Assembly: GCA_965223545.1 (NCBI GenBank) | Contig: OZ245006.1 | Location: 1,312,001-1,376,000 of the forward strand | Length of the DNA stretch: 64,000 nt | Source of the DNA: Planctomycetota bacterium | GTDB lineage: Bacteria > Planctomycetota > UBA1135 > UBA2386 | Reading direction: 5' to 3' | Part shown: positions 1 to 9,560 of the stretch, piece after piece | Position numbering within the stretch: the stretch's first letter is position 1 | Layout: each line of letters starts with the position of its first letter | The notes under the pieces: model-generated | What the model saw: only the letters and a program-made list of their open reading frames with translations | The model's database searches: none | Told to the model about the DNA's origin: nothing | Program-made: the position numbers and the translations under genes

Positions 1-1553
1 TGCGCCGCCTCCCGGGGTCTTCACCGACCGTCACGACGAGCTTGTGCATCGCGCTGGCCGCGGCCGCGGCCAGCGCCCCACCGGCACAGAACACGCCGCA
101 GGCACTGGTCGTCGGCCACGTGCATCCGGTGTCCGGTCCGCCGATCGAGAACGGCGTGATCTTGATCGAGGACGGTGAGATCCGCGCGGTCGGCCCGGCC
201 GGCGAAGTGTCGATTCCCGACGGCGCGCAGGTCCATCGCTTTCCCGAGGGACACGCGTATCCGGGCCTCGTCGACGCCGTGGCGCCGGCCTACGGCGACG
301 CCGCCGTGGTCGACGCCACCGACACCGACGCCGGCACGCCGGTGTTCGGCGGACTCGACGCCACCGAGCACGCCGGCCGCGCGCTGGTCGGCTTCGGCGT
401 GACGTCGATCGGAGTCAGCAACCGAGGAGACGGCAGCTGGCGCGGACTCGGCGCCCTCGTGCACCCGACGCGCGACGGCTACCAGCCGGTGGACGCCGCG
501 CACGCCGAAGCCGCCGCGGTCTACCTGCGCGCGGTGGGTCGACCGAACGCGCACCCCCTCGATCAAGTCAAGGCGCTGCGCGCACTCGGCGCGCCGTTCG
601 CCAGCTTGCGCGACTACCGCGAGAAGCTCGACAAGCACGAAGACGCGCTCACCGAGTATCGCGAGCAGTTCGAGAAGTACCTGGAGTATCACCGCGCCAA
701 GAAGGGCGAGGGCACGGACGACGAGGCCGGCGGCGAGGAGAAGGCGGAAGCGGCCGAGCAAAGCGGCGCGCCGCGCGGCCGCCGGGGCGGTGGCCGCCGC
801 GCAGGGCGGCCCCGCGGCGAGCGGCCGACGCCACCGGCAGACAGCGAAGAGAAGCCGACCTCGACCGAGAGCAAGCCCGCGGACCCAGCGCCCGCCGACG
901 GCGAGGGCGAGGCGACCGAAAAACCGGCGACCGAGGGCAAAGGCGACAAGGACGGGGCCGAGGAGGCGCCCAAGCGACCGGACTACCCCAAGCCACCGGC
1001 TCCGGACCCCGCCAAGGACGCGCTGCTGCAAGTCGCTGACGGCGAGCTGGCGCTGCACGTGGAGGCGCACACCCGCGTGGAGATCGAGACCGCGATCTGG
1101 TTGAAGCGCGCGCACTCGCTGCCGCGCATGGTGCTCGAGGGCGGCCGCGAAGCTGCCGCGCACGCGGCGGAGCTCGCCACGGCCGGCGTGCCCGTGATCG
1201 CCACCTGCCTGCTGCAGGCACCCGCCGAACCCGGCGCACCGGACCCACGCGCCGTCCCCGCCGCGCTGGCCGAGGCCGGCGTCGAGGTCGCCATCGCCTC
1301 CGGCTCGGCCCGCACCGCACGCCACCTGACGATGCTGGCGGCGATCGCGGCAGGGCACGGACTGGATCCCGACGCGGCGGTGCGCGCGATCACGCTCACC
1401 CCGGCCGAGATCCTCGGCATCGGCCAGCGCGTCGGCTCGCTCGAAGTCGGCAAGCGGGCCGACGTCCTGGTCACCAGCGCGCCGCTGCTGCACAGCGATG
1501 CCCGCGTTTTGGCAGTGCTCGCCGCCGGTGCGATGCAGGAGACGAACGGATGA
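1..1553 (+). CDS. Exported amidohydrolase-family protein, array member 1; metal ligands degenerate; start probably 1 nt before the window
   Basis: Frame open from position 3 (RRLPGS...); 'tg' at 1-2 may complete a start codon. Signal peptide ...SAPPA-Q, PIENGVILIEDGEIRAVG, YPGLVDAVA (no HxH), C-terminal AITLTPAEILGIGQRVGSLEVGKRADVLV, long acidic/Lys insertion. Confidence 0.85.
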   Translation, partial: RRLPGSSPTVTTSLCIALAAAAASAPPAQNTPQALVVGHVHPVSGPPIENGVILIEDGEIRAVGPAGEVSIPDGAQVHRFPEGHAYPGLVDAVAPAYGDAAVVDATDTDAGTPVFGGLDATEHAGRALVGFGVTSIGVSNRGDGSWRGLGALVHPTRDGYQPVDAAHAEAAAVYLRAVGRPNAHPLDQVKALRALGAPFASLRDYREKLDKHEDALTEYREQFEKYLEYHRAKKGEGTDDEAGGEEKAEAAEQSGAPRGRRGGGRRAGRPRGERPTPPADSEEKPTSTESKPADPAPADGEGEATEKPATEGKGDKDGAEEAPKRPDYPKPPAPDPAKDALLQVADGELALHVEAHTRVEIETAIWLKRAHSLPRMVLEGGREAAAHAAELATAGVPVIATCLLQAPAEPGAPDPRAVPAALAEAGVEVAIASGSARTARHLTMLAAIAAGHGLDPDAAVRAITLTPAEILGIGQRVGSLEVGKRADVLVTSAPLLHSDARVLAVLAAGAMQETNG

Positions 1554-2821
1554 AGACATCGCCTCGCATGACGCTGTGGACGGCCGCCGCCTGCGTCGGC
1601 GCGCCGCTCTGCGGCGGGTATCTCGCCGCCCAGGACCGGCCGCTGTTGGTGGAGGCGGCCCGGCTGGTGGTCGCCCCGGACACCGTGCTCGAGAACGGCG
1701 CGATGCTGGTGCGCGAGGGGGTCGTCGCCTACCTCGGCGACGAGATCCCGGCCGAGGCCACGCGTGGTGCGCGCCGGCTGCGGATCGACGGCTGGGTCGT
1801 GCCCGGCTTCGTCGACGCCCACAGCTATCTCGGCCAAGCCGACGATCTCGCCGAGAGCATCACCGCATTCACTCCCGATCTCGACGCCGCCGACGCCTTC
1901 GATCCGTTCCAACCACTGCTCGAGCACTGGGCGCGGCTGGGGGTCACGACGGTCGGTCTGGCACCGTCGTCGCGCAACGCGCTCAGCGGCCACGCGGCGG
2001 TGGTCAAGACCGGCGCGGTCGGCGCGCTGGTCCGCCGCGGCGCCTATCTCAAGCTCGCCCTGGTTGCGGAGTCGCTCGACCAGAATCGCTTCCCCACCTC
2101 GCGGATGGGAGCGGTGGACCTGATCCGGTCCGGCTTTGCCGAGGCCGCCGGCGACGCCGCGGCGGACGATCCCGCCCTCGCCGCGCTCGGCCGCGCCTTG
2201 AACGGCGGCACCCCGCTCGTGTTCCACGCCCGCAGCCACGCCGCCATCACCCAAGCGCTCGACTTGGCACAAGAGCTCGGGCGCGCGCCGGTCCTGCTCG
2301 GAGCGGATGAAGTGCGGCACAGCATCGCGCGGCTCGCCGCGCTGCGGGGCAGCGCGGTCTTGGGGCCGCTGGGACCCGACGCGCCGCTCCATCGGTTGCA
2401 GCTGCCGGCGCAGCTCGAGCAGGCCGGCGTGCCGGTCGTCTTCATGGCGGAACCGACCCCACCGCGGCCTGGTAGGGGCAACGCCGCCCCGCCGCGTGGG
2501 CTGCCCCCCGGCATCGTGATCCAAGGCCCGCCGACCCCGCGCCAGCCCACGGCCACGAGCGCCGATCCGGCGACGGCACGGCTGTCGGCCGCGCTGGCGG
2601 TGCGCCACGGCATGTCGCGCCGGGCGGCGCTCGCGGGCCTGACTCGCTTGCCCGCCGTGCTCTGCGGCGTCGCCGATCGGTGCGGCACTCTGCGCAGCGG
2701 CCACGACGCCGACTTCGTCGCCTGGGATGGCGATCCGCTCGACCTGTCCTCGCAACGCCTCGCCGTCTACCTGCGCGGGGAGCCACTGTTCGATTCGACT
2801 CAGGAGACCTCCTCGCAATGA
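1550..2821 (+). CDS. Exported amidohydrolase-family protein, member 2; degenerate HxH (HSY)
   Basis: ATGA overlap with the upstream stop; signal ...YLAA-Q; VPGFVDAHSY; FPTSRMG; GTLRSGHDADFVAWDGDPL. Confidence 0.88.
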   Translation: MKTSPRMTLWTAAACVGAPLCGGYLAAQDRPLLVEAARLVVAPDTVLENGAMLVREGVVAYLGDEIPAEATRGARRLRIDGWVVPGFVDAHSYLGQADDLAESITAFTPDLDAADAFDPFQPLLEHWARLGVTTVGLAPSSRNALSGHAAVVKTGAVGALVRRGAYLKLALVAESLDQNRFPTSRMGAVDLIRSGFAEAAGDAAADDPALAALGRALNGGTPLVFHARSHAAITQALDLAQELGRAPVLLGADEVRHSIARLAALRGSAVLGPLGPDAPLHRLQLPAQLEQAGVPVVFMAEPTPPRPGRGNAAPPRGLPPGIVIQGPPTPRQPTATSADPATARLSAALAVRHGMSRRAALAGLTRLPAVLCGVADRCGTLRSGHDADFVAWDGDPLDLSSQRLAVYLRGEPLFDSTQETSSQ

Positions 2822-4038
2822 GACCGCTCCCCCTTGCGGCGATCTCCGCCCTGCTGTTGAGCACGGCGGCCGCCACCGCGCAAGACACTCCAGTGGTGCT
2901 CACCGGCGGCCGCGTGCTGCCCGTCGACCGCCCGCCGATCGACCCCGGCGTCGTCATAATGCACCGCGGCACGATCACCGCCGTTGGCGAAGCCAACATG
3001 CCGGTCCCGCCCGACTCGGAGAGCATCGATTGCACCGGCAAGGTGATCACTCCGGGCCTGGTCGACGCCGCGACCAGCCTCGGCTTGTCCAGCGAAGACG
3101 CCAACGAGCAAGGCGACGAAGTCACCCCCCACGTCCGCGTGCTCGATGCCATCGACCCCGCCGATCCGCGTTTCGCCCGCGCGCGGCGCGCCGGCGTCAC
3201 CACCGCGCAGGTCAGCCCCGGCAACCGCAACGTGGTCGGCGGCCTCGGCTGCGTGATCAAGACCGCCGGGGACCACGTCGCCGGCATGCTCGTGCGCGAC
3301 GCCTCGTGCTTGCGCGTCGCGATGGGCGGCGAGCCCTCTGCCGGCAACCGCGCGATCCGCTTCGGCACTCCCAACTCGATCTACTACCGCCGGCCGACGA
3401 CGCGCATGGGCGTGGTGTGGGCCGTCCGTAAGGCGTTCTACGACGCGCAGTCCTACCGCGAGCAACAGACCAACAACGTCGTCGACGGCCCCTCGATGGT
3501 CGATCCGGCGATGGACGTGCTGGTCGAGGTCCTCGACCGCAAGATGCACGTGCGCACCACGGCGCGCGCCGAGCAGGACATTCGCACCGCTCTGCGCCTG
3601 GCCGCCGAGTTCGGCTACGAGACCGTGATCGAGGAAGCCACCGAGGCCTACCTCGTCACCGACGAGCTGGCCGCCGCCGGGGTGACGCTCGTGCTCGCCG
3701 GCCTGGGGTTGGAGAGCGGCCGCGACGGCGCCGAGCCGCGCTATCACACCGCCGCTCAGCTGGCGGCTGCGGGCGTGCCGTTCGCCATCGCCACCGGCTC
3801 GTCGCTCGGCGACGCGGCGTTGGTGCAGGAGGCGATGTTCGCGATGCGCAACGGCCTGTCGGCCGACCAGGCGCTGGCCGCGACCACCGCGGTGCCCGCG
3901 GCCGTGCTCGGCGTCGCCGACCAGCTCGGCACGCTGACGGTGGGCAAGGCCGCCGACGTCGTGGTCTGGAACGGCTCTCCGTTCGCGCCGACCACCACCG
4001 CCACCCGAGTATTCATCGACGGAAAGGAAGTCCAGTGA
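2818..4038 (+). CDS. Exported amidohydrolase-family protein, member 3; no HxH
   Basis: ATG at 2818 overlapping the upstream stop; signal MRPLPLAAISALLLSTAAATA-Q; TPGLVDAATS; PTTRMG; GTLTVGKAADVVVWNGSP. Confidence 0.88.
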   Translation: MRPLPLAAISALLLSTAAATAQDTPVVLTGGRVLPVDRPPIDPGVVIMHRGTITAVGEANMPVPPDSESIDCTGKVITPGLVDAATSLGLSSEDANEQGDEVTPHVRVLDAIDPADPRFARARRAGVTTAQVSPGNRNVVGGLGCVIKTAGDHVAGMLVRDASCLRVAMGGEPSAGNRAIRFGTPNSIYYRRPTTRMGVVWAVRKAFYDAQSYREQQTNNVVDGPSMVDPAMDVLVEVLDRKMHVRTTARAEQDIRTALRLAAEFGYETVIEEATEAYLVTDELAAAGVTLVLAGLGLESGRDGAEPRYHTAAQLAAAGVPFAIATGSSLGDAALVQEAMFAMRNGLSADQALAATTAVPAAVLGVADQLGTLTVGKAADVVVWNGSPFAPTTTATRVFIDGKEVQ

Positions 4039-5339
4039 GCATCAACGTTGCTCGTCTCGTACTGGTTGGCTGCGCCGCCTCGGCACCGCTCACCGCTTCT
4101 TTGGCCGCCCAGGATCTGGTCGCGATCCGCGCCGGCGTGCTGCACACGATCACCCGCGGTACGCAGGAGGACGTGGTCATCACGATCGAGAATGGAGTCA
4201 TCAAGTCGATCGACAGCGAGCTGTCGCCGGCTTGGAACGCCACCGTGATCGACGCCAGCGACCGCGTCGTGATGCCGACGTTTGTGCTCGCCCACACCAG
4301 TGGCGGGATGAGCAGCTCCAACGAGAACCTGCAGAACGTCCCCTACCTGACGGTCGAGGACGCGATCGACCCGTCGTCGAAGTTCTTCGAAGAGGCGCTG
4401 CGCAACGGGATCGGCACGATGCACGTGCTGCCGGGCAATGCCACGCTGCTCGGCGGTCGCGGCATGATCATCCGGCCGCACGGACGCACCGTCGAGGACA
4501 TGACGGTGCGGACCAAGGGCGGCATGAAGCTCTCGCTGCAGGCCAGCGGCGGTGGGCGCATGCAGCAGATCCGCAAGCTGCACCGCTCCCTGCACGACGT
4601 GCAGCGCGCCATCGGCGAGCTCGAGCGCAAGAAGGAGGAGTTCGAGCAGGAGAAGGCCGCGGGCGCGATCCCCGCCGACAAGGAGTGGGACGAAGAGCTC
4701 GACGACAAGCAGAAGCCGGTCGCCGACCTGCTCGCCGGCAAGCAGACGGCCTACCTCTACGTGCCCTCCGCGGCCGAGGTCGGCGAGGCGCTGCGCATCG
4801 TCGAGCAGTACGGCTTCCCCGCCGTACTGGTGTTGGGGCCGACCTGCTCGAAGCTGGCGCGGCGGCTGGCCGCCGCGGGTGTCTCCGTGGTCCTCGACGA
4901 CGAAGTCGAGCACTGGGAGACCGATCCGGACACCGAGAAGGAAACCCTGCGCTGCCCGGCCGCGGAGCTCGCCGCGCACGGCGTGCAGTTCGCGCTGAGC
5001 GTGCAGAGCAGCGGTGCCGGGCGCCGGTCCTCGGCGCCCAGCGGACCACGGCGCTACCCCTGGTGGCAAATGGCCACCGCGGTGCGTCACGGCGTCGACC
5101 GCCAGGCCGCGCTCGAGTCGATGACGATCGTGCCGGCGCGCATCCTCGGCCTGGAGTCCGAGATCGGCTCGGTCGAGGAGGGCAAGATCGCCAACTTGCA
5201 GATCCTCACCGGCGATCCGCTCGCCGCGACGACCTGGGTGGAGCAAGTGTTGCTCGAGGGCGCCGTGGTCTACGAGCGCAGCAAGGACCCCAAGCTCAAG
5301 CACATGTTCGGCGAGGACGGCGCGCAGGCGCCGCGGTGA
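4035..5339 (+). CDS. Exported amidohydrolase-family protein, member 4; degenerate HxH (HTS)
   Basis: GTGA overlap; signal ...SLAA-Q; MPTFVLAHTS; coiled-coil-like insertion; GSVEEGKIANLQILTGDPL. Confidence 0.88.
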   Translation: MSINVARLVLVGCAASAPLTASLAAQDLVAIRAGVLHTITRGTQEDVVITIENGVIKSIDSELSPAWNATVIDASDRVVMPTFVLAHTSGGMSSSNENLQNVPYLTVEDAIDPSSKFFEEALRNGIGTMHVLPGNATLLGGRGMIIRPHGRTVEDMTVRTKGGMKLSLQASGGGRMQQIRKLHRSLHDVQRAIGELERKKEEFEQEKAAGAIPADKEWDEELDDKQKPVADLLAGKQTAYLYVPSAAEVGEALRIVEQYGFPAVLVLGPTCSKLARRLAAAGVSVVLDDEVEHWETDPDTEKETLRCPAAELAAHGVQFALSVQSSGAGRRSSAPSGPRRYPWWQMATAVRHGVDRQAALESMTIVPARILGLESEIGSVEEGKIANLQILTGDPLAATTWVEQVLLEGAVVYERSKDPKLKHMFGEDGAQAPR

Positions 5340-8206
5340 TGCCAATGCGCGCTCTTGCCCTCCTGCTCGCGAGCCCGCTGGCGGCGCTGCCATCGCCGGC
5401 TGCCTCGTCCCCTTCCCCGCAGACACCGTCGGCTCAGCAGCCGGGGGAGCGCAGCTTCGCGCTGCACTGCGGGACGCTGCATACCGGCGACGGGTCCGTC
5501 GTGCGCGACGCGATCGTGCTGGTCGACGACGGCGTGATTCAGGCCGTCGTCGCCGCCGACGCGGCGGGCGCGGTGCCCCCGGGCACCCGGTTGATCGACG
5601 CGTCCGACAAGGTCGTCATGCCGGGGATCGTCGCCGCCGACACCGATCTGTCGGGCCAGCCGGACGACGACTACGCGGTCACTCCCGACCTCGTCGCTGC
5701 CGACGGCTTCGACTTCCTGCGCAGCCGCACACCGCTGCTCAGCGGTGGGGTGACGACCGTCTATCTGTCTCCCGGCCGCGCGCGGCTGATCTCGGGTCAG
5801 GGCTCGGTCGTCAAGACCAGCGGCGACCTGTTGTCCGAGCGGATCCTGGCCGAGTCGGCGTGTCTGCGGATCAACATGGGCGACGCCGCGACCCGCGCGC
5901 CCGCGGTGTTCGAGCCGACCACTTCGCCGACCTCCGACGACCCCCTGCTGCCGGCGCGCGAGCAGTTTCCCTCGGCCCGCATCTCGCTGTTGTCCGAGCT
6001 GACGCGCTTGTTCCGCGACGCCGCCGCGCTGGAGGCCGAGGGCGCCACCAACGGCGACCTGTTCGGGGACGGCCTGGTCGAGAACCGGTACTCCATCCAC
6101 GCCCTGCAGCGCGCCACGCGTGGCGAGCTGCCGTTGCGCATCGCGGCCGAGCACGCCGCCGACCTGCGCCGCGCCCTCTACTTCGCCGAGAGCACTGGCT
6201 GCCGCGTGGTGCTCGAGGATCCCTGGGAGCTTTCCACGGTGGCTGCGGAGGCCGCGCAGAAGGCGGCCGGCGCGGTCGTACGGCTCCCGGTGATGCCGGG
6301 CGCGCGCAACCCCGGTGGCGAGAACCGCGATCCGGCCGCGGCCGAGCGCCGGCTCGACACTGCCGCCCGCGCCGTCGCCGCCGGCATGTCCATCGCGCTG
6401 GCCCCGGCGAACGACCGCGGCCTGCGCGATTTCCTGATGCACGCCGCGATCGCCATCCGGCACGGCCTGGCGGCCGACGCGGCGATGCGCGCCATCACGC
6501 GCGATGCCGCGCAGATCCTCGGCGTCGGCGACCGCGTCGGCCTCATCGCACCGGGAATGCACGCCGACCTGCTCGTCCTCAGCGGCGAGCCGTTCGCCAT
6601 CGGCACGATGGTCGAGCAGACCTTCGTCACCGGCGACCGCGTCTGGCAGCGCGAATCCGAGGACGATCTGCTCGCGGTCCGCTGCGACAAGATCATGACC
6701 ATGGCGGGCAGTCCGCTCGACCGTGGGGTGCTCACCGCCGCCAACGGCCGGATCAAGGCGGTGGGAGAAGACCTCGCCGTCCCGTTCGGCGCTCGCATCA
6801 TCGACATCCCCGGCGGCGTCATGGTGCCGGGCTTCATCGACGCGTTCTCGCACCTCGGCCTGTCCGGCAACGGCAGCGGAATCCCCACCGGCAACGCCGA
6901 CCAGCGGGTTGCCGATGTGATCAGCGCGGACGACCCGCTGCTGGCCCAGGCCGCGCGCGCCGGGCTGACGACGGTGCTGGTCGCCGGCCGCGACGCCAAC
7001 ACCGTGTCGGGCCGGGTGGCGGCGGTGAAGACCGCCGGCGAGACCCGCGACGAACGCGTGCTGCGTGAGATCGCCGCGCTGCGTTTCGTGCACGACAGCG
7101 TCGACGGCAATGGCATCAAGCCGCTGGCCGACGCCGTGCAAAGGGGCCGACCGTATCTCGAGGCCTGGCAGAAGTACGAGAAGGAACTCGCCGCCTTCAA
7201 CTCCGGTGATGCCGACAAGGAAAAGGAAGGCGAAGAGCCGACACCCTCCCCCACCGACGAACCCGCCGCACCCGATCCACTCAGCGGTGTCTGGCAGCTG
7301 TCGTTCGACCAGCCGCCACCGGTGCCGGTCGAGATTCGCTTCGAGCTCGAGCTGCAGGGCACGACCGTCAAGGGTTCGATGGTGATGAGCCTGCAGGGGC
7401 GTGAAATGCCACCTGCAGAACTGCAGAACGGCCGGTTCGAGAATGGCACGCTGACCGGCACCATCGCGGTGCCGATGCTCGGCGAGGGCGAGGTGCAGGC
7501 GACGGTCACCACCGACAAGATGACCGGCACGATCAGTGGCCAGGGACAGACCATCGGCTTCTCGGCGACGCGCGTCGAGAAGATGGAGCGCGGCAGCACC
7601 GGGCGCGGGGTGCGCATGCGTCGCGGCGAAGACGGCGCGCCGAAGAAGCCCGAGATCAACGAGGCGCTCGAGCCGTTGCGTGCCCTGCTCGAGGGGCGCA
7701 TTCCGGCCGTCGTGCAAAGCCGCAAGGCGCCGGCGATTCGAGCGGTCGTCGACTGGTTTGCCGAGCAGAAGCTGCCGCTCGTGCTGACCGGCGTCGACGA
7801 TGCCATCGACGATCCCTCGCTCCTCGGCGAAGCCAAGCCCGGTGTGGTGCTCGGTCCCGACGTGGTGCGGACCGAGCGCGGCAAGGTCACCAACGCGGCC
7901 GCTGTCCTCGCCGACCACGACCTGCCGTTGGCCCTCGGCACCGGTGACACCGCCGGCAGCCGCTTCCTGCCGCTGCACGCCGCGCTGGCCGTGCGCTATG
8001 GGCTCGACCCGACGACCGCGCTGCGGACCCTGACCGCGGACGCCGCCAAGATGTTCCAGCTGGACGATCGGATCGGCTCGCTGGAGCGGGGCAAGGACGC
8101 GGACTTCGTCGTCTTCAGCGGCAGCCCGTTCGAGATGACCAGCCGAGTCCTGCTGGTGGTCGTCGGCGGTCGCGTCGTGCACGACGGGCGGGAGGCGAAT
8201 CGATGA
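5339..8206 (+). CDS. Exported double-amidohydrolase-domain protein with an inserted beta-rich domain, member 5
   Basis: Real start is (GTG)ATG at 5336/5339, MPMRALALLLA; two barrels (MPGIVAADTD...GMHADLLVLSGEP and VPGFIDAFSH...GSLERGKDADFVVFSGSP); insertion beginning DPLSGVWQLSF. Confidence 0.87.
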   Translation: MPMRALALLLASPLAALPSPAASSPSPQTPSAQQPGERSFALHCGTLHTGDGSVVRDAIVLVDDGVIQAVVAADAAGAVPPGTRLIDASDKVVMPGIVAADTDLSGQPDDDYAVTPDLVAADGFDFLRSRTPLLSGGVTTVYLSPGRARLISGQGSVVKTSGDLLSERILAESACLRINMGDAATRAPAVFEPTTSPTSDDPLLPAREQFPSARISLLSELTRLFRDAAALEAEGATNGDLFGDGLVENRYSIHALQRATRGELPLRIAAEHAADLRRALYFAESTGCRVVLEDPWELSTVAAEAAQKAAGAVVRLPVMPGARNPGGENRDPAAAERRLDTAARAVAAGMSIALAPANDRGLRDFLMHAAIAIRHGLAADAAMRAITRDAAQILGVGDRVGLIAPGMHADLLVLSGEPFAIGTMVEQTFVTGDRVWQRESEDDLLAVRCDKIMTMAGSPLDRGVLTAANGRIKAVGEDLAVPFGARIIDIPGGVMVPGFIDAFSHLGLSGNGSGIPTGNADQRVADVISADDPLLAQAARAGLTTVLVAGRDANTVSGRVAAVKTAGETRDERVLREIAALRFVHDSVDGNGIKPLADAVQRGRPYLEAWQKYEKELAAFNSGDADKEKEGEEPTPSPTDEPAAPDPLSGVWQLSFDQPPPVPVEIRFELELQGTTVKGSMVMSLQGREMPPAELQNGRFENGTLTGTIAVPMLGEGEVQATVTTDKMTGTISGQGQTIGFSATRVEKMERGSTGRGVRMRRGEDGAPKKPEINEALEPLRALLEGRIPAVVQSRKAPAIRAVVDWFAEQKLPLVLTGVDDAIDDPSLLGEAKPGVVLGPDVVRTERGKVTNAAAVLADHDLPLALGTGDTAGSRFLPLHAALAVRYGLDPTTALRTLTADAAKMFQLDDRIGSLERGKDADFVVFSGSPFEMTSRVLLVVVGGRVVHDGREANR

Positions 8207-9558
8207 AGCTGCGCGCACCCCGCGACGCGGCCGCGGCCGTGGCCGTCCTGGCAGTGGCGTCGGCACCGGCTCTCACTGCGCAGGAGCCGTCGATCGACAT
8301 CCACTTCGGCGAGCGGCCCAGCGAGTACAAGGTCGCCCGCTGGGGCCCCGACAGCTTTCCAACACCGCCGCTGGCATTCCGCGCCGCGGTGGTGGTCACC
8401 GTCGAAGGCGAGCCGATCCGCGACGGGGTCGTGCTGACGCACGACAAGAAGATCGTCGCCATCGGCACCAGCGACGAGGTCGCGATCCCCGCCGACTACG
8501 AAGTCATCGACCTCGGTGCGCACTGGCTGCTGCCGGGCCTCGTCGACCTGCACTGCCACATCGCGGCCAAGGGCTTCGACCTCAACGACACGGTGCACTC
8601 GACCAACCCGGAGCTGCGCACGCTCGACATGGTCACCACCGAGCACGAGGACATGCACCGCGCCCTCGCCGGTGGCGTCACCACCGTGCTCTATATCCCC
8701 GGCTCGGGGTCCAACATGGGTGGCTTCGGTACGCTGACCAAGACCCACGGACCTCCCGAGCAGGCCTTGGTTCGCTTCCCGGGCAGCCTGAAGATCGCGC
8801 AGGCTGGCAACCCCGAGCGGCGCGCGGGCGACCTGGGCAGCGGCGTCGCCGGCATGAACCAGGGTCTGCGACTGACGCTGCAGCGGGGTCGTGCCTACTA
8901 TCGCGCGTGGGAGGAATTCGACGCCGGCCGCGGACCGCAACCCGAGTTCGACGCCAGCCTCGAGTACCTGCGCGGTCTGTTCCGCCACGAGTATCCGGTC
9001 ACCGTCCACACGCAGATCTACCAGGTCGTGCTGGAGACGCTGCGGCAGCTGCGCACCGAGTTCGGCCTGTGGACCGTGATCGATCACGGCACCTTCGATG
9101 CGTATCGACTCAGCGAAGACGCGTGGATGCGCGGCGTTCCCGTCTGCAACGGGCCGCGGCAGTACTACTTCAACCGAACCACCGGGCAGTTCGTCGGCTT
9201 GGCCGACGCGTGGTTTCGGGGCGGCGACCACGGCTGGCAGGAGCCAGTGCGCGGGCTCGGCCGCGACGGGATCGCCGTCAACACGGACTCGCCGGTCGTC
9301 GCCCAAGAGCAGCTGACGCTGCAGTGCGCGATGTCGGTCCGCCTCGGGCTGCCGTGGGAGGTCGGGCTGCGCGGCATCACCATCAACCCGGCCCGCTTCA
9401 TCGGCGCGGACCACCGCATCGGCTCGCTGCGCCCCGGCAAGGACGCCGACCTGGTGGCGTGGTCCGGCGACCCACTGGACCCCAGATCCCATGTCGAGCT
9501 GACCGTCGTCAACGGCCGCATCGCCTACCGGCGCGACGCCGGGCGGCCGAGGTTCTGA
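8203..9558 (+). CDS. Exported amidohydrolase with intact metal site, member 6
   Basis: Signal ...ALTA-Q; LPGLVDLHCH, VHTQ, DHGT, NTDSP ligands; GSLRPGKDADLVAWSGDPL. Confidence 0.92.
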   Translation: MKLRAPRDAAAAVAVLAVASAPALTAQEPSIDIHFGERPSEYKVARWGPDSFPTPPLAFRAAVVVTVEGEPIRDGVVLTHDKKIVAIGTSDEVAIPADYEVIDLGAHWLLPGLVDLHCHIAAKGFDLNDTVHSTNPELRTLDMVTTEHEDMHRALAGGVTTVLYIPGSGSNMGGFGTLTKTHGPPEQALVRFPGSLKIAQAGNPERRAGDLGSGVAGMNQGLRLTLQRGRAYYRAWEEFDAGRGPQPEFDASLEYLRGLFRHEYPVTVHTQIYQVVLETLRQLRTEFGLWTVIDHGTFDAYRLSEDAWMRGVPVCNGPRQYYFNRTTGQFVGLADAWFRGGDHGWQEPVRGLGRDGIAVNTDSPVVAQEQLTLQCAMSVRLGLPWEVGLRGITINPARFIGADHRIGSLRPGKDADLVAWSGDPLDPRSHVELTVVNGRIAYRRDAGRPRF

Positions 9559-9560
9559 TC

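Noticed and set aside
4232..5335. Arg-rich N-terminal extension of the 1324-aa ORF
   Set aside because: Off-frame shadow of member 4; the real gene starts at 5336/5339 with a signal peptide.
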